Position numbers and translations under genes: made by a program
The notes under the pieces: model-generated
The model's input: the letters and a program-made list of their open reading frames with translations, nothing else
The model's database searches: none
What the model was told of the DNA's origin: nothing
Assembly: GCA_018650445.1 (NCBI GenBank)
Contig: JABIFX010000253.1
Coordinates: 65,136 to 129,135, forward strand
Direction: 5' to 3'
DNA from: Fidelibacterota bacterium
GTDB lineage: Bacteria > Fidelibacterota > UBA8477 > JABMPR01
DNA length: 64,000 nucleotides
Shown: positions 9,859-19,778 of the stretch, piece after piece
Numbering within the stretch: the stretch's first letter is position 1
Layout: the number at the start of each line of letters is the position of its first letter

Positions 9859-11406
9859 ATGTCAGTACTGATACACACCGAAGCATTCAATCCAGCCACT
9901 GGTGAGTCCTTGGGTCAGATACCACAAAATACGCTGGAAGATATTCAGCACGCGGTATCGAGAATCCGAAAAGCACAAGTAAAATGGGCAGCTTTTTCCT
10001 TTTCAGAGCGAGGCAAACATCTGAGAAAAATGCAACGGCATTTGATTGAGCACGGTGAGGAATATGCCAGAATTATTTCAGCTGATACTGGTAAAACACT
10101 GGCTGATGCCTATATGACTGATATCTCTTCAGCTATCATAGCGTTCGATTACTATATCAAACATTCCTCTCGCGTATTAAGAGAGCGCAGGGTCAAGGGC
10201 TCTCATGTTTTTTCTCTTTTCACGCGAAACCGTCTGCAGCATGTTCCCAGGGGAGTCATTGGAATTATTTCCCCTTGGAATTACCCCCTGGCAATTCCCA
10301 TACATGAAATCCTCATGGCCCTCATGTCTGGTAATGGTCTGCTTTATAAGGCAGCCTCTGAAACGCAAATGGTCGGACAGGTTATTCAAAAAATTGTGGA
10401 TGCTGGCGAACTACCTCAGGATCTCTTTGTCCAGGTTAATGTAGCAGGACGAATTGCCGGTGATGCTTTTTTGGAGGCGGGAATTGATAAATTATTCTTT
10501 ACCGGTAGTGTTCCCGTCGGTAAGATTCTTATGAAAAAAGCAGCAGAAACCCTCACTCCAGTCTCGCTTGAGCTGGGTGGAAATGATCCCATGATTGTCT
10601 GTGCTGAGGTCAACCTAAAAAAGGCCGTCAACGGAGCAATCTGGGCTGGTTTATCTAATGCCGGTCAGAGTTGTGCCGGAGTTGAACGTATTTATGTACA
10701 CCGTGATGTCTACAAACCTTTCCTGAAACTACTCAAGAAGAAGGTTGAGAAACTACGTGTCGGGTATCCCGATCATAAAAACACCCATATTGGTACGATG
10801 ACAACATCAAGGCAACATGATGCCGTTCGAAACGTGCTGGAGGAAGCCATAGCTCAGGGCGCTAGCGTTGAGGCGATATCGCAGATTGATGAATCAACGG
10901 GTCAAGCGCTTCCTGCAACTATCCTCACTGATGTAAATCAGGAAATGCGAATCATGAAGGAAGAGACCTTTGGACCTGTTATTGGCGTTATGCCCTTCAA
11001 AAACATTGAGGAGGCCATTCAGCTGGCCAATAACTCGGATCTTGGATTAACTGCTTCGATCTGGACTAAAAATCATCGCCTAGGACGAAAAATTGCCACC
11101 CGGCTGGAAGCTGGAGTCGTGACAATAAATAGTCATCTTATTTCTCATGGCATTCCTAATTTGCCTTGGGGTGGTTTTAAGCAAAGTGGAATTGGCCGAA
11201 CTCATGGTGAACTCGGTCTATTGGAAATGACCCAAACACGCGCCATTGTGAATGACTATTTTCCTTTGAATAAACAATTTTACTGGACCCCGGTGCCTGG
11301 GTTTGTATATCGTCGCTGGGTCGGTTTTGTGATGATGTTAGGTGGAGCATGGCCCTGGAAACTTAAAGGTTTGCTCAAGCTTATTTTTGGATTTAAGAGG
11401 CTTTAG
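9859..11406 (+). CDS. NAD(P)-dependent aldehyde dehydrogenase with hydrophobic, Trp-rich C-terminal tail
   Basis: The track ORF starts at TTG 9808. I prefer ATG 9859 (aaagggga upstream; 'MSVLIHTEAFNPATGE'). Motifs are 'ELGGNDP', 'GQSCAGVER' (catalytic Cys) and 'EETFGPV'. The tail is 'VPGFVYRRWVGFVMMLGGAWPWKLKGLLKLIFGF'. Confidence 0.85.
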   Translation: MSVLIHTEAFNPATGESLGQIPQNTLEDIQHAVSRIRKAQVKWAAFSFSERGKHLRKMQRHLIEHGEEYARIISADTGKTLADAYMTDISSAIIAFDYYIKHSSRVLRERRVKGSHVFSLFTRNRLQHVPRGVIGIISPWNYPLAIPIHEILMALMSGNGLLYKAASETQMVGQVIQKIVDAGELPQDLFVQVNVAGRIAGDAFLEAGIDKLFFTGSVPVGKILMKKAAETLTPVSLELGGNDPMIVCAEVNLKKAVNGAIWAGLSNAGQSCAGVERIYVHRDVYKPFLKLLKKKVEKLRVGYPDHKNTHIGTMTTSRQHDAVRNVLEEAIAQGASVEAISQIDESTGQALPATILTDVNQEMRIMKEETFGPVIGVMPFKNIEEAIQLANNSDLGLTASIWTKNHRLGRKIATRLEAGVVTINSHLISHGIPNLPWGGFKQSGIGRTHGELGLLEMTQTRAIVNDYFPLNKQFYWTPVPGFVYRRWVGFVMMLGGAWPWKLKGLLKLIFGFKRL

Positions 11407-11449
11407 AGTACGGGATTTTAGTCCGCAAGCACTAAAATATTTGAGGCGG

Positions 11450-11854
11450 TTACCAGATCGCCAGCACAGCTCCCATAATTAGAAGACCAACTAGATACAT
11501 CCCTGAATTGATAAACCATAAATGGAGTGAACGCAGTTCAAAGGCGTGATTCACACCAAAGGATAGGCCCGTAAATCCCAACCACATGAAGAGCCCCAGG
11601 AGGAGTCCTCCTCCCACAGTTGCCGTGCCCGTCCAGGCAATCACATTAGCCATGAAAAAAGCCATAAAAAAAGAATTGATGATGGCCACAACATAGGGTG
11701 GCATCATGTTAGACCCTTCGACCTTTTCCATATTAATACCCACCGCTTCCATCCAAGATTTTCCAAACAGGGGACCATACCAAAGGGCACCTAGTCCCAT
11801 ATTGGCTATGACCAATACAGCGATTGCTATCCAATTCACATCAAAAGTAAGCAT
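11450..11854 (-). CDS. DUF1761-like small membrane protein
   Basis: I prefer the internal ATG at 11854 (GGGAGA ~7 nt upstream). 'MLTFDVNWIAIAVLVIANMGLGALWYGPLFGKSW' resembles DUF1761 N-termini. About 4 TM segments. Confidence 0.55.
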   Translation of the reverse strand: MLTFDVNWIAIAVLVIANMGLGALWYGPLFGKSWMEAVGINMEKVEGSNMMPPYVVAIINSFFMAFFMANVIAWTGTATVGGGLLLGLFMWLGFTGLSFGVNHAFELRSLHLWFINSGMYLVGLLIMGAVLAIW

Positions 11855-11965
11855 TTTACATCTCCCTGTCGGAGTTTTCACCCCTCGATAATTCAGCGTG
11901 ACTTTATTTGTCACAATTTGCGATATATGGAACAGGAAACCAGTATTTTATGCAGCATACAGGAG

Positions 11966-13750
11966 CTATTGCTTGTGGTACATTGTCTCGATGAGGGCTT
12001 TAAACTTCTCGTTGATCTGCTTGCGTTTGAGTTTCAGGGTGGGTGTAATCTCACCTCCCTCCTGGGTGAAGGGTTTCGCCATCAGACGGAATTTTTTGAT
12101 GGTCTCATAATTGGCCAATTTCTTGGACTGCTCCTCAATTCGCTTCCTGAAGAATTCAATGACATGGGGATGAGAAATCAATTCCTCATTGTCCTGGAAT
12201 TGTATTTTCTTTTTATGAGCCCAGGTTTCCAGACTTTCAAATGCAGGTACAATTAATGCGCTAACAAAGTTGCGTTTATCTCCAATGGCAATAATCTGAT
12301 CAATGAAAAAATCTTTGCCGATCAATTTTTCAATGTTCTGTGGAGCAATGTTTTTCCCCCCAGAGGTGATGATCAAGTCCTTGATACGATCAGTAATTTT
12401 CAAGAAACCATCCTCGTCAAACTCACCTACATCACCTGTTTTGAACCACCCATCCACAATACTTTCAGCCGTGGCTTCAGGATTATTGAAATAGCCCTTC
12501 ATAACCTGAGGACCCTTGACCTGGATTTCTCCATTTTCAGCAATTCTGACTTCGCAATTAGGGACCAGTTTTCCAACCGTACCGAACTTAAAATTTTCAG
12601 GCGTATTGTATGAAATCATGGGAGAAGTCTCAGTCAGACCATATCCCTGACAAATAAGTAAACCACAGGCCAGGAAAAACTCTTCAATACTTTTATCAAG
12701 TGGAGCTCCACCTGCGGAAAAGAAATTTTTATCCCCACCCACAACTGCTCGCACTTTGGAAAGGACTAGTTTATCCAAAACCTTGTATTTCAGGGCCAGA
12801 CTGGAGGGCACGGCCTGGTTTCTAAAGAATAGATTATTGTAGGCAGTCCCAGTCGCAATCGCTTTTGTAAACAGGAATCGTTTTATGGTTGATGCATTTT
12901 CCTGGGAATTCATCACAGCTGCATAGATCTTTTCGTATAGCCTGGGAACTGATACCATGGCAGTAGGCTTGACCTCCTGAAGGGTTTCAATCACTTGTTT
13001 TGGATCTTCCAGGTAGGTCTGAACGGCTCCTTTGAGATAGACATAATAGGACCACATACGTTCATAGACATGGCTCAAGGGCAAAAAGCACAGGGAAACA
13101 TCCTTGTGGCTGACGTTGAAATTCACATCCACACATTCAAACTGATGGAACAAATTTCCATGAGATAACATGACACCTTTAGGGTGTCCGGTTGTTCCAG
13201 AAGTATAAATAACGGTGGAGACATCATCGCTTTTGATTGTTCCCGAACGGAGATTCATTTCCTTGATCAGTTTTTCCTGATCCTGTACATTCAGATAATC
13301 TCGGAAATAAGTGGCGAATTTAGTGTCAATCTCTATAGCTGGATCGTAGGAAACCACCTGGAGTGGGTGGCCATCTTTATGAATGGTGGCGAGATTTGTA
13401 TACTGTTCTAAATTACCAACATAGATCAGCTTGATGCCCGCATCCTGAATGATATATCTAGCTTGGTCGAGGGTATTTGTGGCATAAATAGGGACCGAGA
13501 TGGCTCCCACGAGTATACAGGCAAGATCACTCACTGCCCACTCATAACGGTTGGCGGAATAAATGCCCACAGAATCACCCTTTTTTACACCGGACTGTAT
13601 CATAGCGCAGGCGAGACTCGTAATCTTTTCGCCAAATTCTTTGTAGCTCAACGATGCCCAGCCATCTCCAATCTTATATCTCAGTGCAGTATTATTTCCA
13701 TACTCAGCAATTTTAATGGTGATCATCTGACCGATGTGATCGTAATTCAT
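11966..13750 (-). CDS. long-chain fatty acid--CoA ligase (AMP-forming)
   Basis: 594 aa with the 'YTSGTTGHPKGV' AMP-binding motif, 'GYGLTET' and 'TGDVGEFDEDGFLKITDRIKD'. Confidence 0.85.
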   Translation of the reverse strand: MNYDHIGQMITIKIAEYGNNTALRYKIGDGWASLSYKEFGEKITSLACAMIQSGVKKGDSVGIYSANRYEWAVSDLACILVGAISVPIYATNTLDQARYIIQDAGIKLIYVGNLEQYTNLATIHKDGHPLQVVSYDPAIEIDTKFATYFRDYLNVQDQEKLIKEMNLRSGTIKSDDVSTVIYTSGTTGHPKGVMLSHGNLFHQFECVDVNFNVSHKDVSLCFLPLSHVYERMWSYYVYLKGAVQTYLEDPKQVIETLQEVKPTAMVSVPRLYEKIYAAVMNSQENASTIKRFLFTKAIATGTAYNNLFFRNQAVPSSLALKYKVLDKLVLSKVRAVVGGDKNFFSAGGAPLDKSIEEFFLACGLLICQGYGLTETSPMISYNTPENFKFGTVGKLVPNCEVRIAENGEIQVKGPQVMKGYFNNPEATAESIVDGWFKTGDVGEFDEDGFLKITDRIKDLIITSGGKNIAPQNIEKLIGKDFFIDQIIAIGDKRNFVSALIVPAFESLETWAHKKKIQFQDNEELISHPHVIEFFRKRIEEQSKKLANYETIKKFRLMAKPFTQEGGEITPTLKLKRKQINEKFKALIETMYHKQ

Positions 13751-13866
13751 TGTTACATTCCTATCATAGTTTCATGTGCTGACGATTAATCTGATATTAT
13801 GCTCTCGGTGTTCTTATGAAACAGGTGAAGTTCACTCCTCGCATTCCGGATGGTAAAATTAGATTT

Positions 13867-15018
13867 CTATTCCAATATGGTGTTAATCATTATCTGCAAA
13901 TCAGTAATATCAACTGCCTCATCTAGGTTGAGATCAGCTATTTCAAGTTGGTACTCATTTACCTCTTGAATGCCCAGTATAATGCTCACAAGCTGGATCA
14001 CGTCAGAAATATTCAGCGAGTAATCAAAGTTTATATCGCCCATGGGATCAAAAATGATATCACCCTGTCCAAATGACCAGGTGGTTGATGTGCTGTAAAT
14101 AGAGTTCCCCGCATACCACATTCGATAAAAACCTCGCTCAATGATCACTATACTGGGACCCGAACTTGTTTCTTCATTCCAGCTACCTACTGAACCATGT
14201 GGGATAATCGGATTGCCTGGATACCGATTCCATTGGATGCCATCTGTAGAGTGAGCAATCCCTATCTGTCGATAAAGTCCATCAAAACCCATGTAAGCCA
14301 TCAGAAAACTGCCATCTTCCCGTTCAATCACGGCTGGCAAGGCAGGGTAATATGATTCCCACAAAATATTGGGAGACATCATAAACACCGGATTTTGTTG
14401 ATCCTCCTCCCAGGTGATACCATCTGATGAATAAGCCAACCCCATTCCGATTTCGAAGTTGGAATTCCTTCCGCTGAACCACATATAATAGAGACCATTT
14501 CGCTTGATGACTGATGCATTGTGAGATCTGGATTCGTTCCAACTACCTGCCTCTCCCAATTCTAAAATTGGATTCTGGGCATACTTTGTCCATGTGATTC
14601 CATCTGGACTTGTGGCGAGTCCAAGCCGGGGCATAGCTGATGAATTCGTTGCGGTATAATACATTTTATACTCATTATCGTCATGCAATACACAAATAGC
14701 CTTGAGATCTTGAGAGTCGAACTCTCCATTTGAACCAACCGTGAGGACGGGGTCTGACAATTCATCCCATACGATACCGTCCTGAGAAGTGGCATATCCA
14801 ATCTGAATTTGGAGACCCACATTGCGACCGCCAAACCACATTTTATATGCTCCATCTTCATAGAGAACGGTTGGATTAATGACCGCTAAATCATCCCAGA
14901 TTTGTGATCCGTTAAAAATTGGGTTGTTTAGGTTATCCAGATATTCAAAAGCCTTTAATTGAGGTACTAATATTACAGCGATTATTACGGAGATAAGACT
15001 CATTTTCGTCATTATCAA
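13867..15018 (-). CDS. secreted beta-propeller glycosidase-like protein with C-terminal dockerin-type domain
   Basis: 383 aa with an N-terminal signal-like segment. Repeated blades end in 'YKMWFGGRN', 'YKMYYTA', 'YYMWFSGRN', 'FLMAYMG' and 'YRMWYAGNS', as in GH43/32/130-type propellers. The C-terminus has two Ca-binding-like repeats, 'DINFDYSLNISDVIQLV' and 'DLNLDEAVDITDLQIMI'. Confidence 0.55.
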   Translation of the reverse strand: MIMTKMSLISVIIAVILVPQLKAFEYLDNLNNPIFNGSQIWDDLAVINPTVLYEDGAYKMWFGGRNVGLQIQIGYATSQDGIVWDELSDPVLTVGSNGEFDSQDLKAICVLHDDNEYKMYYTATNSSAMPRLGLATSPDGITWTKYAQNPILELGEAGSWNESRSHNASVIKRNGLYYMWFSGRNSNFEIGMGLAYSSDGITWEEDQQNPVFMMSPNILWESYYPALPAVIEREDGSFLMAYMGFDGLYRQIGIAHSTDGIQWNRYPGNPIIPHGSVGSWNEETSSGPSIVIIERGFYRMWYAGNSIYSTSTTWSFGQGDIIFDPMGDINFDYSLNISDVIQLVSIILGIQEVNEYQLEIADLNLDEAVDITDLQIMINTILE

Positions 15019-15071
15019 CTTAAGCTCCCCATTTTCATATTAGAATATTTACAAATTTACATTGATTAATA

Positions 15072-16694
15072 TTACCAATCTCCACCTGGCCCCCCAAAAG
15101 CTCCAATATCATTTCTGGACCCATCAACGTCAAAAAAGGAAGTTGCTGGATTACCAGCATCCACACAGGGTGAACTCTCTTCCAGATGATAGTTCCTGTA
15201 ATTTTGGTCAATGAACATTGGAATAGTATCAAGTAATCCTCCAACAATACTCAATTCATTCTCGAAATTTGCACCGGTAATAGCTTCCTCGCCACCTTGA
15301 ACATTTGAATATGAGAGCGTTAAATTATTTCTCCACAGATCAAAGAGATCAATACTACCAGTTGTATTGTCCCAGAAGATTGAATTGGAGACATAATTAT
15401 TAGTAGCTTCATATGCTCTAAGACCGTGTTGATTTTCACTTATCACAAGATTCGTTCCTGAGAATGTTCCAAAATATGTATTGCTCACCCCATTGCGCCC
15501 ATTCAAGTAAATCACACTATTCTTAACGGTTCCCCGACCGTCATATCCGACTTGAATCCCATCGAAAGCGTTGTTGTGGATGATACACTGGGATGCCCTT
15601 ATGCGTCCATCTTGGCTCGAAGTGAGACCATGCCCACCGTTGTTGTGAATCTCACTGCTTTCGATGTTCAATAACCCATACATTACTTTCGCACCAGATC
15701 CGCTATTATTATAAATTTTTAAATTTTTTAAGTCAACATTACTGTCAAATCCTACTTCAACACCAATATTTCCTCCTGTCAGACTTAAATCGCTGATCAA
15801 CACATTTCCATACCAAGACTGATCACTCTCAATAATTGTATTTCCTTCTCCATTCAATATGGTTTGCTCAACACCTTGACCTACAATGTGAGTATCATCA
15901 CCGATGTTTATCGGGAAGCTTTCGCCTGTCTTGCTGGGGCTAAACGTTCCAGTATCCAAAACAAGATTGGTTTCCACTCCTTCTAATTCAGCGCTTGTTC
16001 CTAGTGCAAAAGTTATACTCTGATACGCAGACCCCCATGAGCGCCCCGAATTAGTATTGTCCCCATTTGGTGACACATATCGAACCCAATGGTCTGAAAC
16101 AAAGATTGTATGGACCTTTAAATCGATGGCATCATCAATATCTCTAACCTCACATGTAATGGAAAATTCACCATAATTAGGCGGAGTAGTCCAGATGGCC
16201 ACAGAGTCTGAACCGGAGATTTCACCCCCACTACATGACCAGTAATAGCTTAATTCAGATCCATCGGGATCGTGAGCTAAACATATCACCTGGATAGACT
16301 CGTTTTTTATCACCATATCAGCCTCAACCATTAATGAATCAATAACTGGAGCTAGGTTGAGTGCCCTCACTGTAACCTCTATACTGTCTGAGTCAGAATT
16401 CTGATCTGGATCTTGAACAGTACAAACTATGGTGAATGTGCCTACCGTATCCGGGGATACCCATATCACTTCCTCTCCATTACCAATAACGTTCCCATAT
16501 CTCGCTTCCCAGGAAAATGAAAGTGCATCTCCATCTGGATCCTCAGCGTTACAATGCACTAACAGAGAATCATTCAACCTGATAATTGATTGTAATGGGT
16601 CCATGGATATTATTTCTGGCGGATGATTAATTTGCTCGCAATTCCATAGAGCCAAAATTATGAGTAAAATGTATCCTATTCGTTTTAAATACAT
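15072..16694 (-). CDS. secreted/lipoprotein with two Ig-like (PKD-type) repeats and a right-handed parallel beta-helix domain
   Basis: 540 aa with a signal peptide and Cys ('ILALWNCEQ'). Two ~95-aa repeats ('DPDGDALSFSW' / 'DPDGSELSYYW') are followed by degenerate beta-helix repeats ('NNGGHGL','HNNAFDGI','LNGRNGV') and a 'DIGAFGGPG' end. Confidence 0.6.
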   Translation of the reverse strand: MYLKRIGYILLIILALWNCEQINHPPEIISMDPLQSIIRLNDSLLVHCNAEDPDGDALSFSWEARYGNVIGNGEEVIWVSPDTVGTFTIVCTVQDPDQNSDSDSIEVTVRALNLAPVIDSLMVEADMVIKNESIQVICLAHDPDGSELSYYWSCSGGEISGSDSVAIWTTPPNYGEFSITCEVRDIDDAIDLKVHTIFVSDHWVRYVSPNGDNTNSGRSWGSAYQSITFALGTSAELEGVETNLVLDTGTFSPSKTGESFPINIGDDTHIVGQGVEQTILNGEGNTIIESDQSWYGNVLISDLSLTGGNIGVEVGFDSNVDLKNLKIYNNSGSGAKVMYGLLNIESSEIHNNGGHGLTSSQDGRIRASQCIIHNNAFDGIQVGYDGRGTVKNSVIYLNGRNGVSNTYFGTFSGTNLVISENQHGLRAYEATNNYVSNSIFWDNTTGSIDLFDLWRNNLTLSYSNVQGGEEAITGANFENELSIVGGLLDTIPMFIDQNYRNYHLEESSPCVDAGNPATSFFDVDGSRNDIGAFGGPGGDW

Positions 16695-16993
16695 GATTGT
16701 CTCTATTGAAGAATTAATAACCAGATTCTAAAAGATGATTGCTTTAATAAATTGATTATTAATGTGGACTTCTAATTTTTGGATGATGTCTCCATGGTCT
16801 AAGTTCTGGGACTGTAGACTGAACACCAAACTGAAGCAGAAGGAATGTCGTATCAAAAATTTCAAGAGTGCCCCCATATATTGTGATTAATAAGTTAGGA
16901 TGGAAACAGCAATCACACAAGCAGGCACAGCTTATAATTGCCAAGACTTTGAATTCGGACTAGTTTAGGACAACATTCATTCATGAGGTAATA

Positions 16994-18038
16994 ATGAGCA
17001 TTACACGCAGGCAAATTTTACAAATGGTTGGAACTGGACTAGTAGCCACACAGGTTCCCATGGCATCTGCTTCCGGAATATTTTCAAAATCAGCCCTGAA
17101 ACCTCCCCGCCTGAAACCTGGGGATACTGTGGGACTCGTCAATCCTGCAGGCGCAACCTTCCACCCGGAAGATGTTGTCATCGCCGAGGAAACCTTTGAG
17201 GCTCTTGAGCTAAAAATGAAGACCGGGGACCATCTCATGGATCGATATGGATATCTCTGCTGTCACCGATGAAGCCAGAGCGGCTGATATAAACAGTATG
17301 TATTCTGATCCAGACGTAGATGCCATCATCACCCTCAGGGGTGGTTGGGGATGCAATCGTATTCTGGATTTAATTGACTATAAAACCATCGCAAAGCATC
17401 CCAAAATTATCATGGGCTATAGTGATATCACCAGTCTGCTCCTGGCTCTCAATGCCAAGACCTCGCTGGTTACCTTCCATGGCCCTGTGGGCATCTCTAC
17501 CTGGAATGAGTACTCCACCGATTATGTCAAACGGCTCCTTTTTGAGGGCCAATCCTTTACGATGGAAAACCCTACTGACAAGGGTGATAACCTGACTCAG
17601 GTGAAGGACCGTATATTGACCATTCACGGGGGTCAGGCACAGGGTAAGTTGTTAGGTGGTAACCTGTCTGTTCTCACTGCCATGGTAGGCTCAGATTATT
17701 TACCTGATTTTAAGAGCAACATTCTTTTCCTGGAAGAAGTCGGTGAAGATATCTATCGCGTTGACAGGATGCTCACTCAGCTCAAACTGGCAGGTATACT
17801 TGGTGAAATATCTGGATTTATTTTTGGAAAGTGCAGTAGATGCGATTCTGGTGAAAGTTATGGGTCCCTCACTTTAGAAGAAGTTCTGGATGATCATATT
17901 AAGCCCCTTGGTATCCCCGCCTGGTTTGGATCAATGATCGGTCATATCGAGGATAAGTTCACCATTCCCCTCGGTGTCAAGGCTGAGATTGATGCAGACA
18001 AGGGTAGCATAAAACTGCTTGAGGCTGCGGTCAGCTAA
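16994..18038 (+). pseudogene. ldcA: LD-carboxypeptidase (peptidase S66, LdcA-like) with twin-arginine signal, split by a 1-nt frameshift near 17255-17260
   Basis: Two track ORFs (16994..17272 and 17247..18038) together make one S66 protein. ORF1 reads 'MSITRRQILQMVGTGLVATQVPMASA...LKPGDTVGLVNPAG...DRYGYL'. ORF2 reads 'AVTDEARAADINSMYSDPDVDAIITLRGGWGCNRIL...IIMGYSDITSL'. Skipping one nt in 'tatctctgct' restores 'GYLAVTDEARAADIN'. Confidence 0.75.
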
Positions 18039-18454
18039 ACTGTTAAATCTTCACACTACGCAATACTCACTAGAGTACAACTGGACTCAGTTTAACCTGG
18101 TTATTTAAACCTGTTTGACCACTTCTTGTCGCGGCGAGAGAGATTACGCGAAGCCGGACGCGCTTGAGAACAGGCTTAAAAAGTCATCAGAATATCGGTG
18201 TGAATTTTTCCGCAAACGATTGAAGCATGCCTGTTCAATTCATACTCCGATATCATAGATGATACTTACGATCATGATATTGCCTTTCATTTTTTCCTGC
18301 GTAAATTTGCTCCATAATTCCAGGTGCACTTAATTCATTGATAAAATCCTTCTAAAAGGACTTTATCGTGTGTGTTTTGATGAATTACGCGAATTACAAT
18401 CGAAATTGTCGTCATAATGACTTGAAAATTGCATAGTCGAAAGGGAGAACACAG

Positions 18455-18961
18455 ATGCGAACAAAATTAATGGTAATAATCTTTACTGCCGTTTGGGTAA
18501 TAATAGGATGCTCATCTTCACATCAATTCATTGATGTAGATGATGCTCTTTTAATTAAACCCGGTATGTCAAAAGCTGATGTCAGAAGTACTCTAGGAAA
18601 ACCGACCGAAGTGCGTGCAGGTATTGTTCTGACAAACAATGATGTCATTGAGCTTTGGGGATATCAAATGAAGGAACAGCAGATAAGGCAAGTCCTTGAT
18701 ATTAACAAAATATTGCCACCATTTATTGCAGCAAAATCAAAGCCCGACAAAGAGTTTCGTCCAAATGACTGGTCAGGTGAAAATCGATATGGACTCATTT
18801 TCAAAAATGATACGATTGCAAAGTGGGGCTATATGGGTGATGATTGGGCTGATTATTCACAAGAGCAGGGTGATGAATTACCTCCTTCATCCTCAAAACC
18901 CTCTACTGGTGGTCGCAGTGGATTCTTAAGCAAACTACCCCTGATTGGGAGGTTTTTTTAG
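18455..18961 (+). CDS. lipoprotein with SmpA/OmlA (BamE)-like segment
   Basis: 168 aa with AGGGAG upstream, a lipobox 'VIIGCSS', and a 'LIKPGMSKADVRSTLGKPTEV' BamE-like motif. Confidence 0.5.
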   Translation: MRTKLMVIIFTAVWVIIGCSSSHQFIDVDDALLIKPGMSKADVRSTLGKPTEVRAGIVLTNNDVIELWGYQMKEQQIRQVLDINKILPPFIAAKSKPDKEFRPNDWSGENRYGLIFKNDTIAKWGYMGDDWADYSQEQGDELPPSSSKPSTGGRSGFLSKLPLIGRFF

Positions 18962-19056
18962 GTCCCATTCACTCCCAGCGCTGTTTTGGTGATACATTCG
19001 GGACACTGTTGGTTTAGACGTCACACACAGTATTGTAAAGCTTCACTGCAGGGCAT

Positions 19057-19075
19057 AGGGGCAGTTACTGCCCCT
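19057..19075. terminator. hairpin between convergent genes
   Basis: aggggcag-tta-ctgcccct is an 8-bp GC-rich stem, followed by the T-containing 'catgtttcgtctgattt'. Confidence 0.5.
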
Positions 19076-19105
19076 CATGTTTCGTCTGATTTGGTGTAGA
19101 GTACC

Positions 19106-19657
19106 TTAAGCCAAACCACCAGTAGTGGGAGCTATTTCAATACCAAAACTCTGGGTGGCTGAGATCCATTTTTCTGAATCATTGCCGGTAAAAATGAATT
19201 CAAGTGTGACTTCCTGAAACAGCCAATCGCCGTTTTCTATTTCACGCTCAAGTTGACCTTCTCCCCAACCAGCGTAACCTAGCATCATCTTAAAGTGATG
19301 AGGACCCTTTCCCTCCTGGATGGCATCAATCACCGCAGAATTACTGGTCAATGAGAATTCGTCTGTTACCGGTAAAGTATCAGAGTTGACATAGTCACTG
19401 CTGTGAAGGATAAAGCCTTGCTCCAACGATACAGGTCCGCCAAAATACATGGGTGATATGGCTTCATTGATGGCCTCGTCGTTGATTATCAGGGTCGGGA
19501 AGACTTCCTTGACCACTTTATCATCAAAAGACTTATTCATTATTAAACCCATGGCACCATTCTCATCATGTTCGCAGATAAACACCAGGGAACGACTGAA
19601 ATATGGATCAGTCAGATGAGGCATGGATATGAGTATATGTCCTTTCATGGAAGCCAT
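19106..19657 (-). CDS. YqgE/AlgH family protein (UPF0301)
   Basis: The track ORF starts at TTG 19684. ATG at 19657 or 19648 fits the family N-terminus better ('MKGHILISMPHLTDPYFSRSLVFICEHDENGAMGLIMNK'). Confidence 0.8.
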   Translation of the reverse strand: MASMKGHILISMPHLTDPYFSRSLVFICEHDENGAMGLIMNKSFDDKVVKEVFPTLIINDEAINEAISPMYFGGPVSLEQGFILHSSDYVNSDTLPVTDEFSLTSNSAVIDAIQEGKGPHHFKMMLGYAGWGEGQLEREIENGDWLFQEVTLEFIFTGNDSEKWISATQSFGIEIAPTTGGLA

Positions 19658-19737
19658 GATTAAAAGTAGAGCTAATTGACCCAAATCCCATTAGAAGATG
19701 AAAATAATTTGAACTGATGTTGAGATTTGAATGTCAA

Positions 19738-19770
19738 AACCTTGCGAAGGTTTAAAACCTTCGCAAGGTT
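19738..19770 (-). terminator. strong hairpin terminator downstream of the acylase gene
   Basis: aaccttgcgaaggtt-taa-aaccttcgcaaggtt has perfect 15-bp arms. It starts 9 nt after the stop at 19779 and is followed on the minus strand by tttt. Confidence 0.7.
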
Positions 19771-19778
19771 CATTGTGA

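Noticed and set aside
16759-16944. 61-aa Cys-rich ORF ('MAIISCACLCDCCFHPN') upstream of the beta-helix protein gene
   Set aside because: It has no ribosome-binding site, no recognisable family and a low-complexity start. I treat it as a chance ORF in an AT-rich promoter region, although a small Cys-rich peptide cannot be excluded.
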